Of a DNA stretch of 25,458 bases, positions 1-10,486 are shown in pieces. Position numbers and translations under genes: made by a program. A model generated the notes under the pieces. It made no database searches and was not told where the DNA came from. It saw nothing but the letters and a program-made list of their open reading frames with translations. This stretch comes from a virus (taxonomy: Duplodnaviria > Heunggongvirae > Uroviricota > Caudoviricetes): the IMG/VR virus record IMGVR_UViG_2778261385_000001; one strand, given 5' to 3'. Position 1 is the first letter of the stretch; every line of letters begins with the position of its first letter.

Positions 1-2612
1 GCACTCTGGTCTTCCAGTTTCTTATTGACGGTCTGCGTGATTTCATTGCTGACATCCGTAATGGACGTCCTGATTTCAGCCAGGTCAGGCGCAAGCTGAC
101 CGTTATCAATCTGCGTCCACAACTCCTGAGCCAGATGGGTTTTCCCTATCTCTCCTTTGAAAAAATCCAGATAGCCGGATGCATCATCACTCGGCTGGCC
201 AACAGCCTCCACAAATGCCGATTTGCCAACGGTGTTCACACTGCGAATGTAAAAATAATAATCATGGCCCGGTTTGATATTGATACTGGCGGCTATCCAG
301 TACAGCGCCGTACCAAGATAACGCGCGCTGGCTTCAACCTGCCTGATATCCGCAATCCGCTTTTCCGAGAACCAGAACTCAAACTGTACCGTCGGATCAT
401 AAACGGCAAGATGCGGCGTTGCGGTTATCTGAAAATAGCCCGGCGTCAGCTCAATCCGCGATGGCGCTGCCGGTGCGGCAATCCGGAACGATACCGACGC
501 CGGATCCCCCTGCTGCCCCCACGCATTTACCGCCCGGACTGTCAGCCTGTAGTTCCCCAGCGCCAGTTGCCTGAAGCGGTATGTGGTTTCCGTCGTCCTG
601 GCCGTGCTGACCAGCCGCTCACTGCCGTCATCCGCTGCCACGGTCAGGCGAAGCATAAAGCTCACCCCCTTCACCACCTTCGGTGTGTCCCATCGCGCCA
701 GCACCTGATATTCCCCGCTGTCTGCGGTGACTTCTGCGGTCAGGTGCTGCACCGCGGGCGGCGTGACACCATTCACCGTGCCACTCTGTTCGCCGTCAAA
801 GTGCGCCCCGTTATCCACGATGGTCTCTTTTTCCGGCACATGCTGCACGGCGGTGATGGCATACGTGCCGTCGTCGTTTTCACGGATACTCACGCAGCGG
901 AACAGTCGCTGGCGCAGCGTCGGCAGCTTCAGCCCCCATACGCTGTATTCAGCAACACCGTCAGGAACACGGCTCACTTTCACCTTCACGCCGTCGGTGA
1001 CGGACTGAACCTCCACGCTGACCGGATTGCCACTTCCGTCAACCAGGCTTATCAGCGTGGTACCGGAGGATGGCAGCGTGATTTCACGGTCGAGCGTCAG
1101 CGTCCGGGTCTGGCTGTTCACCGCCAGCACACGACCACCGGTGCTGATACCGGCATAGTCATCATCGCAGATTTCAATGACATCCCCCGGTACATGGCGA
1201 AGCCCTTCAGCACCCACGCTGAAGTCCACGGTCTGCGTTTCCAGCAGCTCCGTTTTAATCAGCCACAGCCCGGCGCGGTGTGCCTGCCCCCGGCTGGTAC
1301 AGCCAAAGGCATCCATCTTCGTGACGTTACGGCCGTAACGGGCAATGGCCTGCGTATCCTCCACGAGCTCTGTCGCCGTCTCCCAGCCGTTATCCGGGTC
1401 AATCCAGTTCACCTCAACGGCATTATGGCGGTCCTTCAGGGCGCTGAAGCTGTAGCGGAACGGCGCGCCATCATCCGGCATCACCACATTACTGCGGTTA
1501 TAGGTCCACACCTTATCTGATGGTCGGTCCTGCACGAACGTCAGCGTCTGCCCGTTCCATACCGGCATACAGCGCATCGCCGAGCAGAAATCACTGAGCA
1601 CATCCCACGCCTTGCGCTGTGTGGTCAGGTACGCATTACAGGTAATGCGCGGCTCCGTGCCGCCAAAGCCGTCCGGCACCGACTGGTCGCAGTACTGGCC
1701 GATGACATACAGCGCCCATTTATCCACATCCGCCGCACCAAGACGTTTCCCCATGCCGTAGCGCGGATGGGTCAGCATATCCCACAGACACCAGGCCATG
1801 TTGTTGCTGTATGCCGGTTTTAACGTTCCGTCCCAGATACCGCTGTATTGCCGCGTCTGCGGGTTATAGTTCGACGGCACCTGCAGAATGCGCCCGCGAA
1901 GATGATAATTACGGCTCACCTGCTGGCTGCCGAACTGCTCCGAGTCCACCTGCACGCCAACCAGTGCCGTGTTCGGGTAGCACTGTTTCACATCGATGAT
2001 TTCGGTGTATGACGACCAGAGCGTTTTGTTCAGCAGCTGGTCTGTGGTGCTGTCCGGCGTCATCCTGCGCATCCGGATATTAAACGGGCGCGGCGGCAGG
2101 TTATCCACCACCACCGAGGCCAGATACTGCGAGGTGGTTTTGCCCTTAATGGTGATGTCTTTTTCCGTCACCCAGCCACCGTTACGCTGTATCTGAACCA
2201 GCAGGCGAACTTCCGACGGATTCCTGTCTCCCTTTGAGGTGGTTTCCACCAGTGCCTGTACACCGAAGGTAAAGCGCAGACGGTCGATGTTTGCCGACGT
2301 GATGGTCCGGGTGATCGGCGTGTCATATTTCACTTCCGTACCCAGCACCGTCTCGGAGCCGGAGGATTCAAATCCCTCCGGCGGTGACTGCTCCTGCTCA
2401 CCGGCCCGGAACACCACCGTGACGCCGGATATATTGGTATTCCCCTCACTGTCCAGCACCGGCGTACTGTTCAGCAGCACGCTTTTTAATCCATCCACCG
2501 GACCTTCAACCGGCCCTTCGCTGATGGCATCGATCACACTCAGCAGCTGCGTGGACTTCAGGTTGTCCTTCGCTTCGCGCGGGGTATGCCCCTTACTGCT
2601 GCCTTTACCCAT
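1..2612 (-). CDS. J: Central tail fibre / host-specificity protein J, 5' ~870 codons; the 3' end lies beyond the window start
   Basis: Minus-strand frame is open from the ATG at 2612 ([19 protein letters not shown]...) to position 1 with no stop, which is why it is absent from the ORF track. Product recognisable as lambda gpJ; follows I as in lambda. Confidence 0.9.
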   Translation of the reverse strand, partial: MGKGSSKGHTPREAKDNLKSTQLLSVIDAISEGPVEGPVDGLKSVLLNSTPVLDSEGNTNISGVTVVFRAGEQEQSPPEGFESSGSETVLGTEVKYDTPITRTITSANIDRLRFTFGVQALVETTSKGDRNPSEVRLLVQIQRNGGWVTEKDITIKGKTTSQYLASVVVDNLPPRPFNIRMRRMTPDSTTDQLLNKTLWSSYTEIIDVKQCYPNTALVGVQVDSEQFGSQQVSRNYHLRGRILQVPSNYNPQTRQYSGIWDGTLKPAYSNNMAWCLWDMLTHPRYGMGKRLGAADVDKWALYVIGQYCDQSVPDGFGGTEPRITCNAYLTTQRKAWDVLSDFCSAMRCMPVWNGQTLTFVQDRPSDKVWTYNRSNVVMPDDGAPFRYSFSALKDRHNAVEVNWIDPDNGWETATELVEDTQAIARYGRNVTKMDAFGCTSRGQAHRAGLWLIKTELLETQTVDFSVGAEGLRHVPGDVIEICDDDYAGISTGGRVLAVNSQTRTLTLDREITLPSSGTTLISLVDGSGNPVSVEVQSVTDGVKVKVSRVPDGVAEYSVWGLKLPTLRQRLFRCVSIRENDDGTYAITAVQHVPEKETIVDNGAHFDGEQSGTVNGVTPPAVQHLTAEVTADSGEYQVLARWDTPKVVKGVSFMLRLTVAADDGSERLVSTARTTETTYRFRQLALGNYRLTVRAVNAWGQQGDPASVSFRIAAPAAPSRIELTPGYFQITATPHLAVYDPTVQFEFWFSEKRIADIRQVEASARYLGTALYWIAASINIKPGHDYYFYIRSVNTVGKSAFVEAVGQPSDDASGYLDFFKGEIGKTHLAQELWTQIDNGQLAPDLAEIRTSITDVSNEITQTVNKKLEDQS

Positions 2613-2672
2613 TCGTCATGCTCCATAAACGATAAAACCGCCCGGAGGCGGTTTCACATAAAACGTTTTTCA

Positions 2673-3314
2673 TCAGCGACCAATCACCACAACCTGACCA
2701 CCATCACCTTCATCTGCTGTGCTGATCTCCTGAGATACCACACGTGATCCCACGCGCATTTCACCGTACAGAACGGGCAGAACATTGCCCTGGGCAACCA
2801 TATTATCCAGTGAAGAAAAATAGGTGTTCTGTTTGCCGTTATCCGTTGTCTGTGTGCGGGGGGTTCTGGGTTTAGGGGCCAGCATCTGTGCAACACCGCC
2901 AAGCGTCATACTGGCACCGAGAGAAAACAGCAGATTACTCGCCATAATTCCTACCCCCGGCATCCATATAGCAACCGCCATAACAGCCGCCCCCAGCACA
3001 GCCTGAAACACACCGCCACTTTTGGCTCCTGCCAGACGCGGCACGATATGGATCACAGCACCATTTGCCAGCGGTTCATTAAGACGGGCTGATAATTCCG
3101 TTTCACCTGTATCACGCCCGGCAATCCGTACCTGATACCAGCCGTCGCTCAGTTTCTGACGAAACGCCGGGAGCTGTGTGGCCAGCGCCCGGATGGCTTC
3201 AGCCCCCGTTTTCACACGAAGGTCGATGCGGCGGCCAAATCGTTGTAAATCCCCGTAAAGGCAGATGCGCGCCATGCCCGGTGACGCCAGAGGGAGTGTG
3301 TGCGTCGCTGCCAT
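2673..3314 (-). CDS. I: Tail tip assembly protein I
   Basis: 213-aa ORF (MAATHTLPLASPGMARICLYGDLQRFGRR...VVVIGR) matching lambda gpI at both ends; overlaps the 3' end of K by ~100 nt as in lambda. Confidence 0.9.
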   Translation of the reverse strand: MAATHTLPLASPGMARICLYGDLQRFGRRIDLRVKTGAEAIRALATQLPAFRQKLSDGWYQVRIAGRDTGETELSARLNEPLANGAVIHIVPRLAGAKSGGVFQAVLGAAVMAVAIWMPGVGIMASNLLFSLGASMTLGGVAQMLAPKPRTPRTQTTDNGKQNTYFSSLDNMVAQGNVLPVLYGEMRVGSRVVSQEISTADEGDGGQVVVIGR

Positions 3315-3955
3315 TTGTCGGTATACCTCTCTCGTTTGCTCAGTTGTTCAGGAATATGGTGCAGCAGCTCGCCATCACCACAGTAAATGGCGGCATGATT
3401 CGGCACCGATGAACCAAAACAGCACAGCAGCACATCGCCCGGTTGTGCTGATGACAACGGCACCTGATACAGCCCTGTGGCCTCCAGATTATCCAGATAG
3501 AGATTCTGACCGTGACGCCACCAGTCATCCCCGCGATGAAAATCCGGCATCTCAATCCCCGCCAGATGATAAGCATCCCGGAACAGCGTGTAACAGTCCG
3601 TCACCCCGTGCTCAAAGCACCGCCCGGTAAGATGCGGCACACAGCGGAATTTATGAATCTCACCCCGGCAGACCAGCCACCACGGCAAATCGCTCTGCAC
3701 CTGCAGCCGCCTGTCAGCCTCACTCAGCCAGGGCAGACCACCGGGGTGGCTGTGGACCAGCGCCACAATCTCACCCTGCATCTCTGCCCGCAGCCAGTCC
3801 TCCGGCGACATCCGGAAATACGCCTCCGGCTCACCGGAGATATTCACGCAGGGAAAATATCTTTCCCCCTTCGGCGTTCTCACCACGAAGCCACACGACT
3901 CCGCTGGCGCACATCGCCGGGCGTGCGCCAGAATCGCTGATTCTGTCTGTGTCAT
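3212..3955 (-). CDS. K: Tail tip assembly protein K (MPN/JAMM plus NlpC/P60-like domains); alternative shorter start at 3811
   Basis: ORF matches lambda gpK; JAMM signature HSHPGGLPWLSEAD (H-x-H-x7-S-x2-D) and upstream ESCGFVV glutamate. Start taken at ATG 3955 (MTQTESAIL), 4 nt after the L stop; the internal ATG at 3811 (MSPEDW) has a GGAGG upstream. Confidence 0.85.
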   Translation of the reverse strand: MTQTESAILAHARRCAPAESCGFVVRTPKGERYFPCVNISGEPEAYFRMSPEDWLRAEMQGEIVALVHSHPGGLPWLSEADRRLQVQSDLPWWLVCRGEIHKFRCVPHLTGRCFEHGVTDCYTLFRDAYHLAGIEMPDFHRGDDWWRHGQNLYLDNLEATGLYQVPLSSAQPGDVLLCCFGSSVPNHAAIYCGDGELLHHIPEQLSKRERYTDKWQRRTHSLWRHRAWRASAFTGIYNDLAAASTFV

Positions 3956-3959
3956 GGGA

Positions 3960-4658
3960 TTACTGCGAAAGTTTGTTAATGGAAAGGAAGCCGCCAAAGT
4001 TGCCGACGTTATTGCGGAACTTACAACCGCTCAGGCATTTGCTGCATTTATCCTTCGTGATATCGGACGTTGGCTGGTCATATTCATCCGCGACAGCCGG
4101 ACCGCTATAACCGCACTCGTCACCGCGATAGGTCCAGGTGCAGGTGTTGGCCAGCATGATACGTCCCGGAAAAACAGCGCCATCCGTTTCCGTCGGCGTG
4201 GACAGTACAAAGGAGGCACTCACCGCGCTCAGTTCGCTGCACTGCTCAATGCGCCAGCGGCTGATCACCTCCTGCTCCGGATCGGCATAACTGTTTCCGT
4301 TGACGAAGTTCACCGCATCCAGAAAACGGGCGTAAACCTTACGCCGGACCACCGTTCCGCCGACCAGACTCTGCAGATCTTCCGCCATCCCGGTGACCAT
4401 ACCGTACAGGTTAGAAACCGTCAGCGTGGGGCGCGTACTGGTGCCTTTGCCATTCAGTTCAAAACCGCTCCCCTGAATGGGATACGGCTGATACTGTCGC
4501 CCCTGCCAGGTGACCGGCTCACCTTTTTCGTTCTGCTCATTACAGAAAAAATAACGTTCTCCACCGACCTCTGTCAGGTCGATTTCCCAGAGCACCACGC
4601 TGGCCGACTGCTCCGCACGGGTGCATTCATTCAGTGTTTCCTGCCGGATATCCTGCAT
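3960..4658 (-). CDS. L: Tail tip protein L
   Basis: 232-aa ORF (MQDIRQETLNECTRAEQSASVVLWEIDL...) recognisable as lambda gpL; start overlaps the M stop. Confidence 0.95.
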   Translation of the reverse strand: MQDIRQETLNECTRAEQSASVVLWEIDLTEVGGERYFFCNEQNEKGEPVTWQGRQYQPYPIQGSGFELNGKGTSTRPTLTVSNLYGMVTGMAEDLQSLVGGTVVRRKVYARFLDAVNFVNGNSYADPEQEVISRWRIEQCSELSAVSASFVLSTPTETDGAVFPGRIMLANTCTWTYRGDECGYSGPAVADEYDQPTSDITKDKCSKCLSGCKFRNNVGNFGGFLSINKLSQ

Positions 4659-4987
4659 CAGTTCACCACCTGTTCAAACTCTGCGCTGAACTCAACACGC
4701 AGCATACTGACCCGCGACGACCATTTTGCGCAGGTCACCTTTATCTGCTGCCACTCATAAGGCGGCGTCCACAGAAAGGATTTCCAGCCCCCGTGCTCTT
4801 CCAGAAACGACTCCAGTACCGTGGCCTCCTCACGGGGGACAGAAAGCGTCACGCTGTACGTTTTCAGGTTGGCATTCAGCCCGGCAGGCGCTCGCTGAGA
4901 ATAGCCATCACCAAAGCGCACCTTTCTTACAGAAGGGACCGAAGCCACATCCATACCGGGTTTCACTTTCCAGCGGAAGGTCTTCAT
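4658..4987 (-). CDS. M: Tail tip protein M
   Basis: 109-aa ORF (MKTFRWKVKPGMDVASVPSVRKVRFGDGY...) recognisable as lambda gpM; ATGA overlap with the H stop. Confidence 0.95.
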   Translation of the reverse strand: MKTFRWKVKPGMDVASVPSVRKVRFGDGYSQRAPAGLNANLKTYSVTLSVPREEATVLESFLEEHGGWKSFLWTPPYEWQQIKVTCAKWSSRVSMLRVEFSAEFEQVVN

Positions 4988-7545
4988 CGTCCACCTCCGG
5001 AGAACAGGCCACCATCACGCATCTGTGTCTGAATTTCATCACGGGCACCCTTGCGGGCCATGTCATACACCGCCTTCAGAGCAGCCGGACCTATCTGCCC
5101 GTTCGTGCCGTCGTTGTTAATCACCACATGGTTATTCTGCTCAAACGTCCCGGACGCCTGCGACCGGCTGTCTGCCATGCTGCCCGGTGTACCGACATAA
5201 CCGCCGGTGGCATAGCCGCGCATCAGCCGGTAAAGATTCCCCACGCCAATCCGGCTGGTTGCCTCCTTCGTGAAGACAAACTCACCACGGTGAACAATCC
5301 CCGCTGGCTCATATTTGCCGCCGGTTCCCGTAAATCCTCCGGTTGCAAAATGGAATTTCGCCGCAGCGGCCTGAATGGCTGTACCGCCTGACGCGGATGC
5401 GCCGCCACCAACAGCCCCGCCAATGGCGCTGCCGATACTCCCGACAATCCCCACCATTGCCTGCTTAAGCAGAATTTCTGTCATCATGGACAGCACGGAA
5501 CGGGTGAAGCTGCGCCAGTTCTGCTCACTGCCGGTCAGCATCGCCGCCATATTCTGTGCAATACCATCAAAGGTCTGCGTGGCTGCACTTTTTACCTGCG
5601 ACATACTGTCCGTGGCGCTCTCTTCCCACTCACTCCAGCCGGACTTCAGGCCTGCCATCCAGTTCCCGCGAAGCTGGTCTTCAGCCGCCCAGGTCTTTTT
5701 CTGCTCTGACATGACGTTATTCAGCGCCAGCGGATTATCGCCATACTGTTCCTTCAGGCGCTGTTCCGTGGCTTCCCGTTCTGCCTGCCGGTCAGTCAGC
5801 CCCCGGCTTTTCGCATCAATGGCGGCCCGTTTTGCCCGTTGCTGCTGTGCGAATTTATCCGCCTGCTGCGCCAGCGCGTTCAGGCGCTCCTGATACGTAA
5901 CCTTGTCGCCAAGTGCAGCCAGCTGGCGTTTGTACTCCAGCGTCTCATCTTTATGCGCCAGCAGGGATTTCTCCTGTACAGACAGCTGGCGACGTTGCGC
6001 CGCCTCCTCCAGTACCGCGAACTGACTCTCCGCCTTCCACAAATCCCGGCGCTGCTGGCTGATTTTCTCATTTGCTCCGGCATGCTTCTCCAGCGTCCGG
6101 AGTTCAGCCTGAAGCGTCAGCAGGGCAGCATGAGCACTGTCTTCCTGACGATCGCCCGCAGACACCTTCACGCCGGACTGCTTCGGCTTTTTCAGTGTCG
6201 TTTCATAGTCCTTTTTCGCTGCCGCCATCAGCGTGTTGTAATCTGCCTGCAGGATTTTTCCGTCTTTCAGGGCCTTATTCAGTTCTTCCTGACGGGCGGC
6301 ATATTTCTCCAGCGGCGTCTGCAGCCGTTCGTAAGCCTTCTGCGCCTCTTCGGTATATTTCAGCCGTGACGCTTCGGTATCGCTCTGCTGCTGCGCATTT
6401 TTGTCCTGTTGACTCTGCTGTTCAGCCTTCTTTCGGGCGGCTTCAAGCGCAAGACGGGCCTTTTCACGATCATCCCAGTAACGCGCCCGCGCTTCATCGT
6501 TAACAAAATAATCATCCTTGCGCAGATTCCAGATGTCGTCTGCTTTCTTAAACGCAGCCTCTGCCTTAATCAGCATCTCCTGCGCGGTATCAGGACGACC
6601 AATATCCAGCACCGCATCCCACATGGATTTGAATGCCCGCGCAGTCCTGTCTGCCCAGGTCTCCAGCGTGCCCATGTTCTCTTTCAGGCGGCGGGTCTGG
6701 TCATCAAACCCTTTCGTTGCGGCCTCGTTCGCCGCCTGCAATGCCCCGGCTTCATCGCCGGAACGCTGCAACTGAGCAACATACGCAATCTGCTCCGCCG
6801 TCACGTTATGGAACTGGCGTGCCATCGCCGTCAGCCCCGACGTCGGGTCTGTGGTCAGCTTCCCGAAGGCTTCAGCGACCTTGTCCACCTCCACGCCGGA
6901 TGCAGAGGAGAAACGCGCCACACTCTGGCTGATGGACGCAATCTGAGCCTCACCGCTTACCCCCGCCTTAACCAGTGCGCTGAGTGACTCGCTGGTCTGG
7001 TTAAACGTCAGCCCTGCCGCCTGCCCGGCTCTGGACAGGACCAGCATACGATCTGCCGTCAGACCCGCCTGATTGCCGGAAAGGACCAGCGTTTTGTTGA
7101 AATCGGACAGGGTTGAGTTGCCCTGATACCAGGCATACGCCAGCGCACCGGTCGCCACCGCCAGCGAGGTGGCCCCCACCATCGGCAGGGTGATCGCACC
7201 GGCAAGCCCCCTGAACATGGGGATCATCCCGCCGAAGGAGTCCTTCACCTGCCCCCCCTGTTGCAGCAGGATCAGCCACGGACTTTGCCCGCCTGCAAGC
7301 TGCGTGGCCACGTCGGTGAACTGTGCAGGCAGCATACGCATGGCGGCTTTATACTGCCCGACGGAAATCCCCGCTTTCTGTGCAGCCAGCGCCTGTCGGC
7401 TCAGCGACTGTTCAACGACTGCCGCTGTTTTTTTCGCATCACTTTCCGTACCGGAAAAATGACGCCTGACTCTGGCCATCTGCTCGTCAAATCTGGCCGC
7501 ATCCAGACTCAAATCAACGACCAGATCGCCTACCGGTTCAGCCAT
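4984..7545 (-). CDS. H: Tail tape measure protein H
   Basis: 853-aa ORF (MAEPVGDLVVDLSLDAARFDEQMARVRRHF...), same length as lambda gpH; coiled-coil-rich centre, Gly-rich C-terminal region. Confidence 0.95.
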   Translation of the reverse strand: MAEPVGDLVVDLSLDAARFDEQMARVRRHFSGTESDAKKTAAVVEQSLSRQALAAQKAGISVGQYKAAMRMLPAQFTDVATQLAGGQSPWLILLQQGGQVKDSFGGMIPMFRGLAGAITLPMVGATSLAVATGALAYAWYQGNSTLSDFNKTLVLSGNQAGLTADRMLVLSRAGQAAGLTFNQTSESLSALVKAGVSGEAQIASISQSVARFSSASGVEVDKVAEAFGKLTTDPTSGLTAMARQFHNVTAEQIAYVAQLQRSGDEAGALQAANEAATKGFDDQTRRLKENMGTLETWADRTARAFKSMWDAVLDIGRPDTAQEMLIKAEAAFKKADDIWNLRKDDYFVNDEARARYWDDREKARLALEAARKKAEQQSQQDKNAQQQSDTEASRLKYTEEAQKAYERLQTPLEKYAARQEELNKALKDGKILQADYNTLMAAAKKDYETTLKKPKQSGVKVSAGDRQEDSAHAALLTLQAELRTLEKHAGANEKISQQRRDLWKAESQFAVLEEAAQRRQLSVQEKSLLAHKDETLEYKRQLAALGDKVTYQERLNALAQQADKFAQQQRAKRAAIDAKSRGLTDRQAEREATEQRLKEQYGDNPLALNNVMSEQKKTWAAEDQLRGNWMAGLKSGWSEWEESATDSMSQVKSAATQTFDGIAQNMAAMLTGSEQNWRSFTRSVLSMMTEILLKQAMVGIVGSIGSAIGGAVGGGASASGGTAIQAAAAKFHFATGGFTGTGGKYEPAGIVHRGEFVFTKEATSRIGVGNLYRLMRGYATGGYVGTPGSMADSRSQASGTFEQNNHVVINNDGTNGQIGPAALKAVYDMARKGARDEIQTQMRDGGLFSGGGR

Positions 7546-7972
7546 ACCGGACTCCTCCTGCGATCCCTTCTGATACTGTCATCAGCATTACGTCATCCTC
7601 CGTCATGTCCGCCACATCCGGGGAAGCGGGGATAACTTCATTCCCGTCCGGGCCAAAGCGGACACCTCCGGCAAGCCCTGCCGCTTTCTGCATCAGCACA
7701 TCATCTTCAGGCTCTTCGTCAGCCTCGCGCCGGTTCAGCAGACTGAAATCCAGCGGATGCATATCCGGATCGCTGAAAAACAGGCTGAGCACGGTGTACG
7801 TCAGCCCGGAAAAGTGCATATCCAGCAGAACATCATGAAAATAATGGGTACTGTAAAAGCGGTGCCAGTCGGCATACTCCGTGGATGACATCCCGGCAAG
7901 CATGGCACGCCAGTCGGGTCGCCCCATCTCACGCGCCAGTTTCAGGGCAAAACTCAGCTCACCGTCGAACAC
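7538..7972 (-). CDS. T: T segment of tail assembly chaperone G-T, expressed by -1 frameshift from G
   Basis: ORF in the -1 frame relative to G, beginning at the slippery heptamer; matches lambda gpT; overlaps the H start. Confidence 0.85.
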   Translation of the reverse strand: MFDGELSFALKLAREMGRPDWRAMLAGMSSTEYADWHRFYSTHYFHDVLLDMHFSGLTYTVLSLFFSDPDMHPLDFSLLNRREADEEPEDDVLMQKAAGLAGGVRFGPDGNEVIPASPDVADMTEDDVMLMTVSEGIAGGVRYG

Positions 7973-8376
7973 TTTCCCGCAGAAACAGGCTCTGCAGGCC
8001 CGGCGTCCTCTGCCTGTTCGGGGGCATTATTCACCACAAACTCATACATACCGGACAGCCGGTACACCACGTTTTCAGCATGAGAAATTGCCTCTGTGGG
8101 CCAGGTGGTAAGCACTTCCTGCTCAATCTGTTTAACGGCTTCATTCATGGACGGCATCTGCGTCTTCTTCGGATGGTTATGCCACAGGGACATCGCCACC
8201 AGAAACGCGCCGGTTCTGATGACGTCTTCCACAGTAACCTGCCGGTTGCTGTCGGATCCCGCCGGTTCTGCCTGCCGTTTCATCAGGGCAAGATGCTCAA
8301 TACGCTGCAGGGCTGACAGTTCAGAAAGCGTGACGGTCACGCCGTTATATTCAAATGATTCGGTTTTCAGGAACAT
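7954..8376 (-). CDS. G: Tail assembly chaperone G
   Basis: 140-aa ORF (MFLKTESFEYNGVTVTLSELSALQRIEHLALMKRQAE...SAGKCSTVS) recognisable as lambda gpG. Confidence 0.95.
   Translation of the reverse strand: MFLKTESFEYNGVTVTLSELSALQRIEHLALMKRQAEPAGSDSNRQVTVEDVIRTGAFLVAMSLWHNHPKKTQMPSMNEAVKQIEQEVLTTWPTEAISHAENVVYRLSGMYEFVVNNAPEQAEDAGPAEPVSAGKCSTVS
7972..7978 (-). other. Programmed -1 ribosomal frameshift slippery heptamer G GGA AAG (G to G-T)
   Basis: Minus strand reads GCG GGA AAG TGT in the G frame (A-G-K-C); the T ORF continues in the -1 frame from this point. Confidence 0.85.
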
Positions 8377-8391
8377 CGCTGACTCTCCGGA

Positions 8392-9132
8392 TTAACTGGC
8401 GGTGACGGTGATTTCTGCAACCGCAGCAAACTCACCATTACCGGATACAACCGGAATGTTGACCTTGCCTGCAGCAACGCCGTTCACGGTGATGGTCATA
8501 CCGCTGACCGACACGGTGGCTTTTGTTTTATCCGCAGACACCGCACGGAAGCTCTTGTCGGTTGCGCCCTCCGGCTGGAATGCCACGGTCAGCGTAGTGC
8601 TCTGCCCTTTCACTACGGAAGCACTGGCGGGTGTCACCGTCATGCCGGTTGTCGCCGTCACCGTGCTGCGATCTTCTGCCATCGACGGACGTCCCACGTT
8701 GGTGACTTTCACCGTGCGGGTGATCACTTCCTTCGCCGTCACCGCCTTACCGATACTGCTGACCCAGCCGCGGAACACATCGACCGTGCCGTTCGGGAAG
8801 CGGATTTTATAGGCACGGGTATCCCCTTCATTAAACCACGCCAGCAGCGCCTGCTGCCCCTGCTCTCCGGGCATCCACGCCAGCGTGAAGCTGGTATCTC
8901 CGGCAGATTTCTGCCCCTGCCCGGTCGCAGTCCAGTCCGCATCTTCATCATCGAGATAGCTGTCGTCATAGGACTCAGCGCTCAGTTCGCCGGGCGTCAG
9001 GTCTTTAACTTTAGCCAGACGCGACCAGTCAACGTCTGAAAGCGGGTTCGCATAAGGGTCACCGTTCCCCTTATAAACCCACAGGGTGGTCCCGGCCCCT
9101 TTCACCGGCATTACTGGATTTGGTACAGGCAT
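8392..9132 (-). CDS. V: Major tail tube protein V
   Basis: ORF matches lambda gpV; start set at the internal ATG ([22 protein letters not shown]), 246 aa; the track ORF begins 10 codons upstream. Confidence 0.95.
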   Translation of the reverse strand: MPVPNPVMPVKGAGTTLWVYKGNGDPYANPLSDVDWSRLAKVKDLTPGELSAESYDDSYLDDEDADWTATGQGQKSAGDTSFTLAWMPGEQGQQALLAWFNEGDTRAYKIRFPNGTVDVFRGWVSSIGKAVTAKEVITRTVKVTNVGRPSMAEDRSTVTATTGMTVTPASASVVKGQSTTLTVAFQPEGATDKSFRAVSADKTKATVSVSGMTITVNGVAAGKVNIPVVSGNGEFAAVAEITVTAS

Positions 9133-9139
9133 ATCGTCC

Positions 9140-9535
9140 TCACATTTCATAGGTAATGACATAAGTCAGATCGGCTGAACTCCACAGGCCCGCATCATCG
9201 TCGCGCCGGTAGTCATAGCCACTGGCCACCATACTGGTGATCAAATCTGACAGTGCCGGGACATCGCTCATCACCGGATAAATCCGGGACTCCATCCACG
9301 AATCCAGCTCTGAATCCGGCACCTGAGCAGGCAGGAAAACTTCAATATGCAGCTCCGCCTGCCAGGTATCGCTGTCCAGCTCTTCGCCCGTGTATTCAGC
9401 GCCGGTGAGATAAACGGCAACTGCCGGAAAATCCTCCTCATCAAAAACAGCGGGGCGACCATCAAAAAGCGTCGCCCCGGTGTCATGTTTTTCCAGTGCA
9501 TCCAGTACGGCTGCACGGAGTTCTGTATGTTTCAT
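9140..9535 (-). CDS. U: Tail tube terminator protein U
   Basis: 131-aa ORF ([36 protein letters not shown]...) recognisable as lambda gpU. Confidence 0.95.
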   Translation of the reverse strand: MKHTELRAAVLDALEKHDTGATLFDGRPAVFDEEDFPAVAVYLTGAEYTGEELDSDTWQAELHIEVFLPAQVPDSELDSWMESRIYPVMSDVPALSDLITSMVASGYDYRRDDDAGLWSSADLTYVITYEM

Positions 9536-10110
9536 CGCTTTATTACCATCCTCAGTTGATGCTGCAGCGCATAGCCCAGCTCTTTCGGAAGACGTTCACG
9601 CCGTATCCGCTCAATATTCTGTTTAAACGCCGTGGTCAGCGGCACTGCCATCGGGATTTTCACCACATCAATGGGGTAACGGTTTTTCCCGGCCACACGC
9701 TGCATGACATGCCATCGGCCATTTTTCAGTTGCTGAATAAACGCGCCGGGAATACGACGGTTTCCCACCACAAGCACGCTGTCGCCACCTTTCAGGGATG
9801 AACGCTGCCCCTTTTTACGACGCCTGCGTCGGGACAGGACAACCCGCGCGTTACCCAGCCTGATTACGGGCAAATCCCCCCGGTTAACCTTGATTCTGGC
9901 CTGCGGATTTTTGACCGTGGCCCTTTTCAGCCTGGCCCTTTCCTTTACCAGTTTCCGGCGTACCTTTGTCTCACGGGCAACCTGTGACGCCGACTGCGAT
10001 ATCGCGGATGAAGCAACGCGGTTAATGGCCATTGCGGCGGCACCGGGCACCGCCGTTCTGCTGATACGGCTGAGGTTTTCAACGGCCTGCTCAAGACCTT
10101 TTATGGCCAT
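9532..10110 (-). CDS. Z: Tail completion protein Z
   Basis: 192-aa ORF (MAIKGLEQAVENLSRISRTAVPGAAAMAINRV...) recognisable as lambda gpZ; overlaps the U start. Confidence 0.95.
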   Translation of the reverse strand: MAIKGLEQAVENLSRISRTAVPGAAAMAINRVASSAISQSASQVARETKVRRKLVKERARLKRATVKNPQARIKVNRGDLPVIRLGNARVVLSRRRRRKKGQRSSLKGGDSVLVVGNRRIPGAFIQQLKNGRWHVMQRVAGKNRYPIDVVKIPMAVPLTTAFKQNIERIRRERLPKELGYALQHQLRMVIKR

Positions 10111-10121
10111 ACATCCCCCCT

Positions 10122-10475
10122 TCAGCGACGACGGTTAACGGCAGGCGGCACGCCACGCCCAAGCCAGAGATGACAGCTTCCGCCATCATCCGTCGAAATC
10201 CGGTCTATCCAGAAGTTTTCCTCACCGATGGTCAGCGTGTCGCCGCGCCGCAGCTGCCGCACATCATCAGTCCGGACAAACAGGGACGGGCTGGAGCCTT
10301 CAACGCGCACGCCCTGTCCGGCATAGCTGATATTTTCAGGGTCATCAAAAACACCACGTATTACTGCGCCGGACTGCTCACCGGATGTCATGGTGGCTGA
10401 CGTTCCCATGTACCCGCGTATCGTTTCATCGGCGCGGACAATGGCAGCATCGAACAGGTTATCGAAATCAGCCAC
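10122..10475 (-). CDS. FII: Head-tail joining protein FII
   Basis: 117-aa ORF (MADFDNLFDAAIVRADETIRGYMGTSATMTSGEQ...) recognisable as lambda gpFII; start codon is GTG. Confidence 0.93.
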   Translation of the reverse strand: MADFDNLFDAAIVRADETIRGYMGTSATMTSGEQSGAVIRGVFDDPENISYAGQGVRVEGSSPSLFVRTDDVRQLRRGDTLTIGEENFWIDRISTDDGGSCHLWLGRGVPPAVNRRR

Positions 10476-10486
10476 AGCGCCTCCCG

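Noticed and set aside
135-1520. 461-aa plus-strand ORF, and the smaller plus-strand ORFs at 727..1008, 1811..2628
   Set aside because: They lie antisense within the J coding region, whose minus-strand frame is open across the whole interval and matches lambda J; long antisense ORFs are expected in GC-rich coding DNA.
3954-7635. Plus-strand ORFs 3954..4760, 4726..5391, 5375..5893, 5839..6369, 6072..6987, 7169..7635
   Set aside because: All are antisense to L, M and H, which are confidently identified on the minus strand; no start signals or recognisable products.
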